Source: Candidatus Bathyarchaeota archaeon (GTDB lineage Archaea > Thermoproteota > Bathyarchaeia > Bathyarchaeales > Bathyarchaeaceae). Taken from it: DNA of 32,539 nucleotides. The stretch covers positions 1,172,074-1,204,612 of the forward strand of contig CP070759.1 of the NCBI GenBank assembly GCA_020348945.1, given 5' to 3'. The notes under the pieces were generated by a model. That model ran no database searches. It was not told where the DNA came from and saw nothing but the letters and a program-made list of their open reading frames with translations. Below are positions 1 through 9,490 of the stretch, piece by piece. Each line of letters begins with the position of its first letter. Positions within the stretch are counted from its first letter, which is position 1. The translations under genes and the position numbers were made by a program.

Positions 1-696
1 GTCAAAGCAGGAGCTACTACAATACCTGATAACACAAAGAGAAAATGGGACAATTTGACTGATGTTAAACTAATATTAGGTTATGGCCTCACAGAAGCTT
101 CACCTGAAACCCATGACAGCCCACCAAATAAAGTGAAAATAGGATCTGTTGGCATACCCATAATTGACACCGATGCAAAGATTGTTGACATCGAAACAGG
201 CACGAAAGAACTTGCCCTTGGCGAAGTCGGCGAACTAATCGTAAAAGGACCGCAAGTCATGAAAGGCTACAAGAAGCGCACCGAGGAAACCAAGAAAACG
301 CTTAGGAACGGTTGGCTTTACACAGGAGACCTTGCAAAAATGGATGAAGAAGGCTATTTCTACATTGTTGATAGGCTAAAGGACACGATCAAGTATAAAG
401 GCTACAGCGTATTCCCAGCAGAAGTCGAGAATGTACTTTACACTCATCCATGGATTAAAGAGTGCGCTGTGATAGGTAAACCAGACTCGGTTGCTGGTGA
501 AATCCCTAAGGCTTACGTTGTTTTGAAGGAAGGAGCTGCAATAACCAGAGACGAGGTAATTGAGTATTGTAAAAAAAGAATAGCGCCTTACAAAAGAATT
601 AGAGAAGTTGAATTTGTAGCTGAATTACCCAAGAATATTGCAGGAAAGATCATGAGAAGAGCTTTGAGGAACAGAAAATACGTTAAGAAAAGGTAA
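1..696 (+). CDS. Long-chain acyl-CoA synthetase / AMP-binding enzyme, C-terminal part (5' truncated by window edge)
   Basis: Frame is open from base 1 (VKAGATTIPD...). ANL-family motifs GYGLTEASP, GELIVKGPQVMKGY, GWLYTGDLA, YIVDRLKD and LPKNIAGKIMRR. Confidence 0.9.
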   Translation, partial: VKAGATTIPDNTKRKWDNLTDVKLILGYGLTEASPETHDSPPNKVKIGSVGIPIIDTDAKIVDIETGTKELALGEVGELIVKGPQVMKGYKKRTEETKKTLRNGWLYTGDLAKMDEEGYFYIVDRLKDTIKYKGYSVFPAEVENVLYTHPWIKECAVIGKPDSVAGEIPKAYVVLKEGAAITRDEVIEYCKKRIAPYKRIREVEFVAELPKNIAGKIMRRALRNRKYVKKR

Positions 697-740
697 ACTT
701 TTTTGAATGCACGCTTTGACTTCGCGTTTTTGATAAACGT

Positions 741-750
741 TTTATATAAA
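741..750 (+). promoter_or_regulatory. Archaeal TATA box
   Basis: TTTATATAAA about 40 nt upstream of ATG 792; SD-like AAGGTGA at 777-783. Confidence 0.55.
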
Positions 751-791
751 GTGGTCTTATTGCACGATAGATAACAAAGGTGAGATTTTTC

Positions 792-1940
792 ATGAAAGTT
801 CTGATTCTTGGCGGCGCCGGGTCTATGGCGCTAGCTACTATACGAGACTTTTTAGAGTTTGATAGCAGTGAAGTGTCTGAATTAGTTATAGCTGATATAA
901 ACTATGAAAAAGTAAAGAAGCGTGCTGAGGAATTACACAATGAGAAGGTGTCTCCTGCCTTTTGCGACGTGACAGACCATGCAAATCTCGTGAAATTGAT
1001 GAAAGAACACGAAATTGTAATAGATGCGACTGAGATAGCTGGAGTTCTAACGCTGAAAGCAGCCTTAGAGGCTGGAGTGCACATAATTGACCTTGGAGCA
1101 TGGTTTGAAGGTACATTAGAACAGCTGAAGCTAGACAGCGAATTTGAGAAGGCTGGGCTAACTGCCATTTTGGGACTCGGAAGCTCTCCTGGGATCACAA
1201 ACCTATACTCGCGATATATCGTGAATAAACTGGACACGGTAGAATCGGTACATTTGAGTTTTGCTTATGCTGAGTTGACAACGACAACATTGTTCGTTCC
1301 CTTTGCGGGTGCAATAGGAGAATTCACCAATAACGTAATGATCTTCCAAGATGGAAAACTTGTGGAGGTTCCTCCTCAGAGTGGTCAAGAAAACGCTCGA
1401 TTTCCTGACCCAATAGGTGTTCGAAGGTTAATGTATGTGCCCCACCCAGAAGTAGCTACTTTTCCAATTTATTTTAAAGAAAGGGGAATAGAAAACGTTA
1501 GTGTGAAAGCAGGATTTGTTCCAGAGTTTGTAGAAAAAATCAATTTCTTAATTAATTTAGGTCTTCTCGGTAAAGAGCCAATGCAAGTAAAGGATGTTAC
1601 AGTAGTGCCAGAGGATGTCGTTATGGCTTGTATTTCCAAGCTTTCTCAACCTGCAGAACGAATTGATTATGGTTGTACTAGGGCTGTGATAATAGGCGAG
1701 AAATCTGGAGAAAAAATGAAGTACACGACAGAGTTGTTCAGCCGTCCCTACCCGGGATTAACCGGAGTACAGCATAGAACTGGGCATTCACCGGCTATAG
1801 GAGCTAGGATGATCAGTAGAGGAGAGATTAAAAGAAGAGGTGTATTTCCTCCAGAGGTTGGCGTTGATCCCGAAAAGTTTTTCAGAGAACTCGCTCGAAG
1901 AAAATTAGACGTTTACTACACAGTTAAACATTTTATTTGA
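792..1940 (+). CDS. Saccharopine dehydrogenase / lysine 6-dehydrogenase family NAD(P)-dependent oxidoreductase
   Basis: Rossmann start MKVLILGGAGSM, GLGSSPGITN, HPEVAT, C-terminal GVFPPE. ATG at 792 is preferred over GTG 780 because of the SD position. Confidence 0.8.
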   Translation: MKVLILGGAGSMALATIRDFLEFDSSEVSELVIADINYEKVKKRAEELHNEKVSPAFCDVTDHANLVKLMKEHEIVIDATEIAGVLTLKAALEAGVHIIDLGAWFEGTLEQLKLDSEFEKAGLTAILGLGSSPGITNLYSRYIVNKLDTVESVHLSFAYAELTTTTLFVPFAGAIGEFTNNVMIFQDGKLVEVPPQSGQENARFPDPIGVRRLMYVPHPEVATFPIYFKERGIENVSVKAGFVPEFVEKINFLINLGLLGKEPMQVKDVTVVPEDVVMACISKLSQPAERIDYGCTRAVIIGEKSGEKMKYTTELFSRPYPGLTGVQHRTGHSPAIGARMISRGEIKRRGVFPPEVGVDPEKFFRELARRKLDVYYTVKHFI

Positions 1941-2041
1941 GCGGTTATATTAGCAACAGTTTGATACAGAACCATGCGCGGTTGCATAATATGTGTCACA
2001 TCCAAACGGTGTAAAGGTACGCGCCTCTTCCGGGATGCAAA

Positions 2042-2926
2042 GTGGTTGGTGTATATAAGAGACTGGCAGCGAAGACGTGTTACTGGAAACCTGGCGAAGA
2101 CTATTTCAGACAGATAGCTAAATCCATTGAAAGGGAAGTAAGGAACGGAGACTTTGTAACGGTCTCGGAGAAGGCCATCTCAACCGCTCTGGGCAACCTT
2201 GTGGATGAAAGCGTTGTTCATCCTGGCTGGACCGCGCGTTTTCTAGCAAAATACTGGATGCATTATGTTTGGGGCTACCTCCTAGGACTGCTCTGTCATC
2301 TCAGGGTGAAGACTGTTCAGCATCTTCGGGCATACCCAATGAAGGAGGGAACAGTTCACAAGCAAGTAGTCTTAGAGCATGCTGGGCTTTTACAGGCGTT
2401 AATGATGGGATCTGAGGGAGGAATTGATGGAAGCAACTTGCCCTACTCTTACGTAAGTCTACCCCTGAAGAATCCTCAGCAAACAGCGCAAAAGATTCGT
2501 GAGCACATTAAGTCTGTGTTGGACAAAAAAGTTGTAGTTATAATAGTTGACACAGACAAAACTTATTCTTTCAGAACATTTCATTTTACCCCTCGCCCCA
2601 GACCAATCAATGGAATCCACTCATTCGGAGGTTTCCTCGCCTACATAATCGGAAGATTTTTCAAGATGAAACGAAGAGCAACACCCATCGCAGTTGCAGG
2701 CTCCATACCTGTAGAAGAAGCTCTTAGAATTGCGGAAATCGCTAATAGAGCCCAAGGCTTTGGCGCTGGCAGAACCATCTGGGACACGGCAGAAACCTTC
2801 AGGGTTCCAATGACAGGCGTGACTTGGAAAATTCTTGACAAGGTAAAACACAAGCCAATTGTGATCGTAAGAGTTTCTGGTGTCTCAAAGCTGTATAAAA
2901 AAAATGATTTAAATACAAAATGTTAG
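2042..2926 (+). CDS. Coenzyme F420-0:gamma-glutamyl ligase (CofE)-like protein
   Basis: Motifs DFVTVSEKAIS, GGIDGSN, VIIVDTDK, C-terminal PIVIVR. Confidence 0.7.
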   Translation: MVGVYKRLAAKTCYWKPGEDYFRQIAKSIEREVRNGDFVTVSEKAISTALGNLVDESVVHPGWTARFLAKYWMHYVWGYLLGLLCHLRVKTVQHLRAYPMKEGTVHKQVVLEHAGLLQALMMGSEGGIDGSNLPYSYVSLPLKNPQQTAQKIREHIKSVLDKKVVVIIVDTDKTYSFRTFHFTPRPRPINGIHSFGGFLAYIIGRFFKMKRRATPIAVAGSIPVEEALRIAEIANRAQGFGAGRTIWDTAETFRVPMTGVTWKILDKVKHKPIVIVRVSGVSKLYKKNDLNTKC

Positions 2927-2961
2927 CTACTTGGTAGTATCAGGAACATGGGAACCATAAA

Positions 2962-2982
2962 TACAAGTTCTAAGAACTCGTA
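2962..2982. promoter_or_regulatory. Imperfect palindrome (candidate operator) at the promoter of the membrane wHTH gene
   Basis: TACAAGTTCT-A-AGAACTCGTA (9/10 arm match) directly after a TATA-like ATAAATA. Confidence 0.45.
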
Positions 2983-3008
2983 CAAATGGGATTTTTGGCG
3001 GGACTGCA

Positions 3009-3434
3009 ATGACGGGGAAGTTGGAGAGGGAAGTAGCTGGAGAGTACAACACGTTTCGTGTGTATTTGTATATGTTGAGGATGAAGAAGGCTAGGACGAG
3101 GGAAGTCCAGCGAAGTCTAGGGTTTTCCAGCCCCCGCCTCGCCGCTCATCACTTAGAGAAGCTTAATGAGCTGGGGTTAGTGGAGAAAGAAAACTTTCAT
3201 TATCTGGTGGTGCCAAGAAGCTTCGGCGTTCTGAGACTGTTCTTTGTCTTCGAAAGGTGGATTCTGCCAAAAAGTTTCTTCCTTGTAATCATATTCTTAG
3301 CGATGACCGTTAGCACCTACATCCTTCGCGCCCAGCATCCTTACCTACTCATGGTTTTGCCGTTATCTTTAATCGGGTTAGCAATCAGTATCTACCTAAC
3401 CGTACAATTCTACAGACTTCTGCCAAAAACCTAA
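3009..3434 (+). CDS. Membrane-anchored winged-helix transcriptional regulator (N-terminal wHTH plus two TM helices)
   Basis: wHTH REVQRSLGFSSPRLAAHHLEKLNELGLVEK, followed by two hydrophobic segments (FFLVIIFLAMTVSTYIL; LLMVLPLSLIGLAISIYL). Confidence 0.75.
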   Translation: MTGKLEREVAGEYNTFRVYLYMLRMKKARTREVQRSLGFSSPRLAAHHLEKLNELGLVEKENFHYLVVPRSFGVLRLFFVFERWILPKSFFLVIIFLAMTVSTYILRAQHPYLLMVLPLSLIGLAISIYLTVQFYRLLPKT

Positions 3435-3442
3435 TTGAATAA

Positions 3443-3467
3443 TTTCTTATACAGGTTGTATAAGAAA
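3443..3467. promoter_or_regulatory. Perfect 11-bp inverted repeat (candidate operator)
   Basis: TTTCTTATACA-GGT-TGTATAAGAAA, 43 nt upstream of ATG 3511. Confidence 0.55.
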
Positions 3468-3510
3468 ATGACTCAAATAGGAACAAGTGTTTACGATTAT
3501 TTGAAGGAAA

Positions 3511-4998
3511 ATGCGAGTCTATAGCTTGAAAGCGTTCGCAGGTTTAACTATTCTGTCTATTATTCTTGGTACCGTGGTTGTTGAGTTTGTTTATTTAGGT
3601 TTGGACGCGCTTTACCCCTACGCTTCTACGTCTGCCGGAGAACGGGGAGATGAAGGTGTCGGCGTTGCCACATCTTATGGCGAGTTATCCCTCACTGCCT
3701 TTGCGTTTTCCCCCAGCGATGTAAAATTGACCTTGTCGCTTGTTAACTATCGCACTAGTTCATACGACGACTTGACGGTTTGGATTGCAGACCTGCACAC
3801 TGGATTGCCTGAGGGATTCGAATTGGTGACTGGTAACCTGAGTTGGTATGGATCCGCTGAGGTTCCGGAGGTGAACCTGGAAGCCACGATTAGGGCGGTG
3901 AAGGATGGAAAGTGGAGACTAACTGGAGCTGCGCTGTGGTACCATGGTGGTAGTCAAAGGCAGGGTTCAGGCACCCTCGACATTATTGTTTCTAACGGAA
4001 AAGTGGCAGACATCAGAGTATGGAAATCGTCGGAAAGCAATATACCACTTGTTACAGAGGCCATGAACTTGAGGGAACTCTTACCGCCCATAGACTTGGA
4101 GATCCCTCATGATCTTATTCTCACCAACAATAATGTGACCAGATTTTACAACATGACGGTACTTATTCATGGCAACGTTAAGCTATTAGAAAATGCTACT
4201 CTCATACTGGACAATGCGGAGCTATACGTCTTTGCCAAAGATATATTTCTTGGCGGAACTTCAACATTTATAGCTTTGGGATCCGTGGTTGATCCAAACA
4301 CCATCAGAGCTGAAGATCACTCAAATCTCCTCGTATCAAACACACATCTACTTTGTGGACTTGTGCTTCAGGGCTCAGCGCAACTAAATCTATTCAATTC
4401 AAGTGCGGGACCAAGCAACCTATATGATTACTCCGAAGCCACAATCTTCAATTCAACGATAAGATTAGACGTTAGCAGTTCCTCAACTGTCCGCATCCAC
4501 AATTGTAATTCTAAAGAAGGACTCGGCGCGACAGGCACCTCAAATGTTGAAATCTTAAACTCCACGATTGAAGAAGTTTATTTACGAGGCAACACAAGCT
4601 TGTCGATGTTCAGTTCAAAAGCAACATATCTCTACTGGACATATTATAGAGGAGTCCCCCTGTGGAATGGTTCAGCCTATTTTCACTGGCAACTGACCGT
4701 AAATGTTGTGGACTCCACCGGCTCTCCTATTCCTAACGCGGAAGTAAAGGTAATAAGGGTCAATGGAGACGCAACAGAGCATATTTTTAACGGAACAACA
4801 AACTCCGAAGGAATAGTCGAAACATATCTCCTCGAAAAAATAGTTAGAGCAAGAAAAATTTTGATGGGTGGAAACGAGACGATAGCCATAGAGGAGGAAA
4901 TCTTGAACAATTACAAGGTTGAAGCAATATACAATGGAAACTCAGCCTCAACGACGATCCTGATAGACAATGAAATCTCCATCCAACTCAAAGTTTAG
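3511..4998 (+). CDS. Exported/surface protein: N-terminal anchor, beta-rich (probable beta-helix) region and carboxypeptidase-regulatory-like domain
   Basis: N-terminal hydrophobic segment; repeated 'I.NS.I' beta-strand units; LTVNVVDSTGSPIPNAEVKV...GTTNSEG; many N-x-S/T sequons. Confidence 0.7.
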   Translation: MRVYSLKAFAGLTILSIILGTVVVEFVYLGLDALYPYASTSAGERGDEGVGVATSYGELSLTAFAFSPSDVKLTLSLVNYRTSSYDDLTVWIADLHTGLPEGFELVTGNLSWYGSAEVPEVNLEATIRAVKDGKWRLTGAALWYHGGSQRQGSGTLDIIVSNGKVADIRVWKSSESNIPLVTEAMNLRELLPPIDLEIPHDLILTNNNVTRFYNMTVLIHGNVKLLENATLILDNAELYVFAKDIFLGGTSTFIALGSVVDPNTIRAEDHSNLLVSNTHLLCGLVLQGSAQLNLFNSSAGPSNLYDYSEATIFNSTIRLDVSSSSTVRIHNCNSKEGLGATGTSNVEILNSTIEEVYLRGNTSLSMFSSKATYLYWTYYRGVPLWNGSAYFHWQLTVNVVDSTGSPIPNAEVKVIRVNGDATEHIFNGTTNSEGIVETYLLEKIVRARKILMGGNETIAIEEEILNNYKVEAIYNGNSASTTILIDNEISIQLKV

Positions 4999-5150
4999 CG
5001 ATACTGTTAACTTACTAGAGATGAAAATCCGTTCCTTAATTGAATAAGGTTTTTGTCTTCCTAGTTTTTTGAGTTCTTCATAAACAGGTTAATAAGAAAA
5101 ACCATCCAAATATGCAAAATAATAACAAACTCTCTGGGAGGGAAATAGAG

Positions 5151-6644
5151 TTGGAATCTGTTATTGAGCAGATGCACCGATTTTTCAATCCGAAGTCGGT
5201 TGCGGTTGTGGGCGCCTCTCGCAAAATCACGAAGGCGGGACACGTTATTTTCAAAAATTTTGCGGATAGCAAGCGGAGAGGCATACTTCGAGGAGAGTTG
5301 TACCCCGTGAACCCGCATGAAGAGTTCATTCTTGCGTTTAAATGCTATCCATCCATCACAGAAATTATTGGAGAGGTGGATCTGGTCATCATAGTGGTTC
5401 CCGCCAAAGTCGTTCCACAAATCATGAGGGAAGCAGCCGCCAAAGGCGTGAAAGCAGCAGTTATCATCAGCGCTGGCTTCAGTGAAATCGGAAACCATGA
5501 GTTGGAGAAAGAGGTAACTACCATTGCAAAAGAGGCAGGGATTCGAGTGTTAGGTCCCAACTGTCTCGGCGTTTACGATTCCCATACTGGCGTGGACATG
5601 CTTTTCCTTCCAGAAACCAAAGTCCTCATCACTGGCGACGAAGTGGTTGCCACGCCACGTCCCATGAAGGGTCACATGGCTGTTGTTACGCAGAGCGGAG
5701 CCTTCGGTGCTTCTGCCCTAGACTACTTGGCTGGTAGACAGTTAGGGGTGAGCAAGTTCGTGAGCTTCGGGAACAAATGTGACATTGACGAATCGGAGAT
5801 GCTTCGCTATCTTCTCCACGACGAAAAAACACGGGTTATCCTCATGTACACCGAGAGCATAGAAGCGGGAAGAGAGTTCATGAAGGTTGCGAGAGAGATC
5901 ACGAAAAAAAAGCCTATAGTTGCATTGAAAGTTGGCAAAACAGGGGCTGGAGCGAGGGCAGCCCTTTCGCACACAGGAGCAATAGCTGGCTCTGACAGTA
6001 TCTACAACGCCGTTTTCAAGCAGGTCGGCGTGGTGAGAGCGAAAGACATGGAGGAGTTCTTTGACGCTGGCAAGGCTTTATCCCTTCAACTTCCAGCAGC
6101 TGGAAACAACGTTGCCGTGGTCACTGATGCTGGCGGACCAGCTATCATGGCGGTTGACGAGTGTGAATCGAAGGGAATAAATGTAAAGAAGTTTTCCGAG
6201 GAGACCGCTCAAAAGTTTGAGGATTTGAAGAGGGAAGGCACGATTCCTTCTTTTGCGACGAACTTAAACCCATTAGACCTCACGGGTTCAGCAACTTCTG
6301 AGATGTTTGAACATGGCGTAAAGATAGTTCTGGATGACCCTGAAGTCCACGGCGTCATCGTGATTGGTTTGCATCACGTTCCTGCTCTCCAAGAGGATTT
6401 TGTTGACAAAATAGCAAACTTGTCAAAGGGCTACACTAAACCCGTGGTAGCTTGTGACATAGGTGAAACCGAAATGGCGCTGTACACCCGTTCTAGATTT
6501 GAAAAGCTCGGGATTCCAGCTTACCCGTCGCCGGAAGACGCTGCGCGGGCCATGACCGCCCTCGTCAGCTACGGGCTATACCTAAAAAAGAGTGACAGTT
6601 TTGAACAATATCTAGAAACTTTTCAGAAAAGAACCAGAACGTAA
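5151..6644 (+). CDS. acdA: Acetate--CoA ligase (ADP-forming), alpha subunit
   Basis: FFNPKSVAVVGAS, RVLGPNCLG, QSGA, SFGNKCD, phospho-His motif SHTGA, NPLDLTG. TTG 5151 follows a GGGAGG SD; the ORF track starts at 5112. Confidence 0.88.
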   Translation: MESVIEQMHRFFNPKSVAVVGASRKITKAGHVIFKNFADSKRRGILRGELYPVNPHEEFILAFKCYPSITEIIGEVDLVIIVVPAKVVPQIMREAAAKGVKAAVIISAGFSEIGNHELEKEVTTIAKEAGIRVLGPNCLGVYDSHTGVDMLFLPETKVLITGDEVVATPRPMKGHMAVVTQSGAFGASALDYLAGRQLGVSKFVSFGNKCDIDESEMLRYLLHDEKTRVILMYTESIEAGREFMKVAREITKKKPIVALKVGKTGAGARAALSHTGAIAGSDSIYNAVFKQVGVVRAKDMEEFFDAGKALSLQLPAAGNNVAVVTDAGGPAIMAVDECESKGINVKKFSEETAQKFEDLKREGTIPSFATNLNPLDLTGSATSEMFEHGVKIVLDDPEVHGVIVIGLHHVPALQEDFVDKIANLSKGYTKPVVACDIGETEMALYTRSRFEKLGIPAYPSPEDAARAMTALVSYGLYLKKSDSFEQYLETFQKRTRT

Positions 6645-6656
6645 CTCTCCGTTTTT

Positions 6657-7025
6657 TCAGCTCTGTCCTTTAAGCCACTGAGTAACCTTTTGGAACAACG
6701 GACTCGTGGACATGTCGATAACAGGGACAATGAACCTCTCTTTGGTCTCGATTTTTGGGTTGTACTCCGGCATCAACGTGTAACTCACAAACGCCCAGTT
6801 AACTCTTTTCTCTTCGATGAGAGACTTTGCGGCTGCCTCGGTGCTTACTGGTATCGGATAGTAGATGAAGGCTACTCCTTCCGCCCAATAAATACCCGTT
6901 GGCTTTCCTCCAGTGGCGATGCTTGCAAACCGTGCCAGAGCATCGGGTGTCGGAAATTTGTTGCACTCCATGATTACAACTTCCTTAAACGGTTCATACC
7001 GGATAACTGTTTCACTCTTCTTCAT
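6657..7025 (-). CDS. Hypothetical protein (about 122 aa)
   Basis: Clean globular-looking ORF between acdA and ino1. ATG at 7025 follows GGGGG; no recognisable catalytic motif. Confidence 0.7.
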   Translation of the reverse strand: MKKSETVIRYEPFKEVVIMECNKFPTPDALARFASIATGGKPTGIYWAEGVAFIYYPIPVSTEAAAKSLIEEKRVNWAFVSYTLMPEYNPKIETKERFIVPVIDMSTSPLFQKVTQWLKGQS

Positions 7026-7159
7026 ATAGGGGCCCCCAGTCACAACCCCTATTGAGTAAAGCTCCTTTTTACTTTTGCTCCAAGAAAAGCGTTAGCACAA
7101 GTTAAATAAGAACTTGGCAACAAAGCGCTCTTAAAAGATTTAGTTATGGAGGAAATGGT

Positions 7160-8236
7160 TTGCCAGAAATTCGGGTTGCGATTGTTGGAGTTGGCAATTG
7201 CGCTTCAGCTCTCGTTCAAGGTGTTGAATACTACAAGAAAGTAACGGAAGAAGTAACGGTTCCGGGACTCATGCATGTGAATTTCGGAGGCTACCACATA
7301 CGTGACATAAAGTTTGTAGCCGCCTTCGACGTGAACAAACAAAAAATCGGGAAGAACTTGAGCGAAGCAATTTTTGTGGAGCCAAACTCGTGCTCAAAGT
7401 TCGCAAGTGTGCCCAAGCTGGGAGTGAAGGTTCTTCCTGGACCCATTTTAGATGGTGTTGCTCCGCACATGAGGAAGCCTTTCAAGTCACATGAGGAGAC
7501 TATGAAGCCTGTGAATGTTTCTGATGCTCTTACAGAAGCCGAGACACACCTGCTCATCAACTTTCTACCAGTAGGAAGCTACGAGGCAACACGCCATTAC
7601 GCGCAAGCAGCCATTGATGCAAAATGTGCCTTAGTGAACTGCATACCCGAGTTCGTGGCCTCTGATCCAGCGTGGGAAGAACGGTTTAGAGAAAAGGGAC
7701 TTCCTGTGGCTGGAGACGACATAAAGAGCCAGCTTGGTGCTACCATTCTCCATCGTAACTTGGTTAAACTTTGTGTAGATCGGGGAGTCGAGGTGGAGGA
7801 GACTTATCAGCTTAATCTTGGTGGAAACACAGATTTTCAGAACATGACCGTGGAAGAACGACTGAAAACCAAGAGGATCAGCAAAACCGAGGCCGTCACC
7901 AGTATGGTCCCCTACAAGGTTCCCACTAGAATAGGCCCATCTGACTACGTTCCCTTCTTAGGCGACAAAAAAATCTGCTACCTTTTCATCAAAGGCAGGA
8001 AGTTTGGAGACCAACCAGTCACTGTTAAGGCGAAATTGGAGGTGGAGGATTCTCCAAACAGCGCTGGAGTTGTAATAGACGTTATTAGAGCAGTGAAGTT
8101 AGCATTGGATAGAAAGATAGGCGGGCCGCTCACCAGTATATCTTCATACGCGTTTAAGCATCCGCCAGTTCAGGTTGCTGATGATGTGGCGAGACAGTGG
8201 GTTGAAGAGTTCATAACTAGAAAACGCGAACAATAA
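7160..8236 (+). CDS. ino1: myo-inositol-1-phosphate synthase
   Basis: IRVAIVGVGNCASALVQG, GDDIKSQLGAT, YQLNLGGNTDF, KRISKT, EDSPNSAGV; GGAGG SD. Confidence 0.93.
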   Translation: MPEIRVAIVGVGNCASALVQGVEYYKKVTEEVTVPGLMHVNFGGYHIRDIKFVAAFDVNKQKIGKNLSEAIFVEPNSCSKFASVPKLGVKVLPGPILDGVAPHMRKPFKSHEETMKPVNVSDALTEAETHLLINFLPVGSYEATRHYAQAAIDAKCALVNCIPEFVASDPAWEERFREKGLPVAGDDIKSQLGATILHRNLVKLCVDRGVEVEETYQLNLGGNTDFQNMTVEERLKTKRISKTEAVTSMVPYKVPTRIGPSDYVPFLGDKKICYLFIKGRKFGDQPVTVKAKLEVEDSPNSAGVVIDVIRAVKLALDRKIGGPLTSISSYAFKHPPVQVADDVARQWVEEFITRKREQ

Positions 8237-8255
8237 TTGAAAAGTAAAAGCACGG

Positions 8256-9266
8256 TTACGTTAAGAAACGCGTTTTAGTTGGAAGAGGCTTTGCTGGAAT
8301 GTTTAGTTGCTTCTGGATTTCTCTCGCTAGAGTTACAGCGTCTCCAGCTCGATAGTTATCGGTTATGACTAGTTTTGGTTTACTTTCTTTAACGTATTGA
8401 ATCAAATCGTTAAAATCAGAATGGTCACTTAAGGCAATCACGTACTCGTTTTCAGCTATTCTGCGGTAAGGACCATCGAATTCCCACCCACTCATGCAGA
8501 TGCGTAAAGCGTCTCTTCCAACGTATCGTCGGGAGCCCATATGGTAGAAGGCAACGTAAGGCTGAAGCCTCTGTTTCATCAACTGCGCCTCTTCACCGTT
8601 AGACAATAGGTATCTTCCAAGCTTCATTCCGTGCTTTTCACAAATCTTTGAAACTTTGAAGATTTTCTCTGGAACCACAAAGGGAGTCCTCACTCCGGTT
8701 CTATGCAGGATCTGCATGGCCTCCTGAAGCTTACCATAATAGCCGAAAAGATAGACAGGTCCCTTCTTCAACCCTTGCTCAACCAATGAAACGAGAATGC
8801 TCTTAACAGTTTTTTTGAAAGGTCTAACGCGGGAGGGGTTTCCGTAGGTTGTCTCCATAACCAAGACATCGCTTTCAACAATCGGCGTCTCGGGCAGTCT
8901 AAAATCGCTGGTGTACAGAATTCTCGTTCCTTCAGCGTCTTCTACGAGAACTTGAGCCGCACCCAGAATATGATCCGCGTAATACAATATCAACCGTTCA
9001 TCCCTGTACGTGAATTCCTCTTCATACCTAACTGTCTTCACTTTCCCAGCCGTCAAGAAAAGCGGTCCTTTCAAAACGGCGATCAGATCCTTGGTGACTT
9101 GGGTCATCACCGCCATCTCACAATTTTTTAGGCTCTCTCGTAAGCCAAGCATGTGATCGGCGTGAGCGTGAGTAACCACTCTTAAGGGTCTGACCTCGTC
9201 AAACGCGTCGCATGCTACGTGTTTTCCTAAGAGAATTGCTCCTCTCTCTGTCACAGCGGCTTTCAA
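8256..9266 (-). CDS. MBL-fold (beta-CASP-like) metallo-hydrolase / putative RNA- or DNA-processing exonuclease
   Basis: THAHADH, HILGAAQ, YTSDF, METTYG, LSDHSDF. Confidence 0.82.
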   Translation of the reverse strand: MKAAVTERGAILLGKHVACDAFDEVRPLRVVTHAHADHMLGLRESLKNCEMAVMTQVTKDLIAVLKGPLFLTAGKVKTVRYEEEFTYRDERLILYYADHILGAAQVLVEDAEGTRILYTSDFRLPETPIVESDVLVMETTYGNPSRVRPFKKTVKSILVSLVEQGLKKGPVYLFGYYGKLQEAMQILHRTGVRTPFVVPEKIFKVSKICEKHGMKLGRYLLSNGEEAQLMKQRLQPYVAFYHMGSRRYVGRDALRICMSGWEFDGPYRRIAENEYVIALSDHSDFNDLIQYVKESKPKLVITDNYRAGDAVTLAREIQKQLNIPAKPLPTKTRFLT

Positions 9267-9490
9267 CGATATTTAATACTCCTGAGTGTAGCTTTAGGAG
9301 TTGTGAGTTTTAAACGATTTTTGAAACTTTTGCGTAAAAGTTTGCATATTTAGGAGTTTACAGTGGAATGGAGAGCACTAAATATGCGGGACCATTATGT
9401 TGACGAAATCGACAGCGTAGAGAAACTGCACAAGTTATACAATATGTAGTATGAAAGGCACCTTTTCTAGAGCTTGTAAAGCACTTTTTT

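Noticed and set aside
886-1388. Antisense ORFs inside the saccharopine-dehydrogenase-like gene (and similar shadow ORFs in acdA, E1/E2, herA, gatDE, elp3)
   Set aside because: They overlap well-supported genes on the opposite strand or another frame and carry no motifs.
6690-7055. 121-aa plus-strand ORF
   Set aside because: Antisense to the more protein-like minus-strand ORF 6657..7025.
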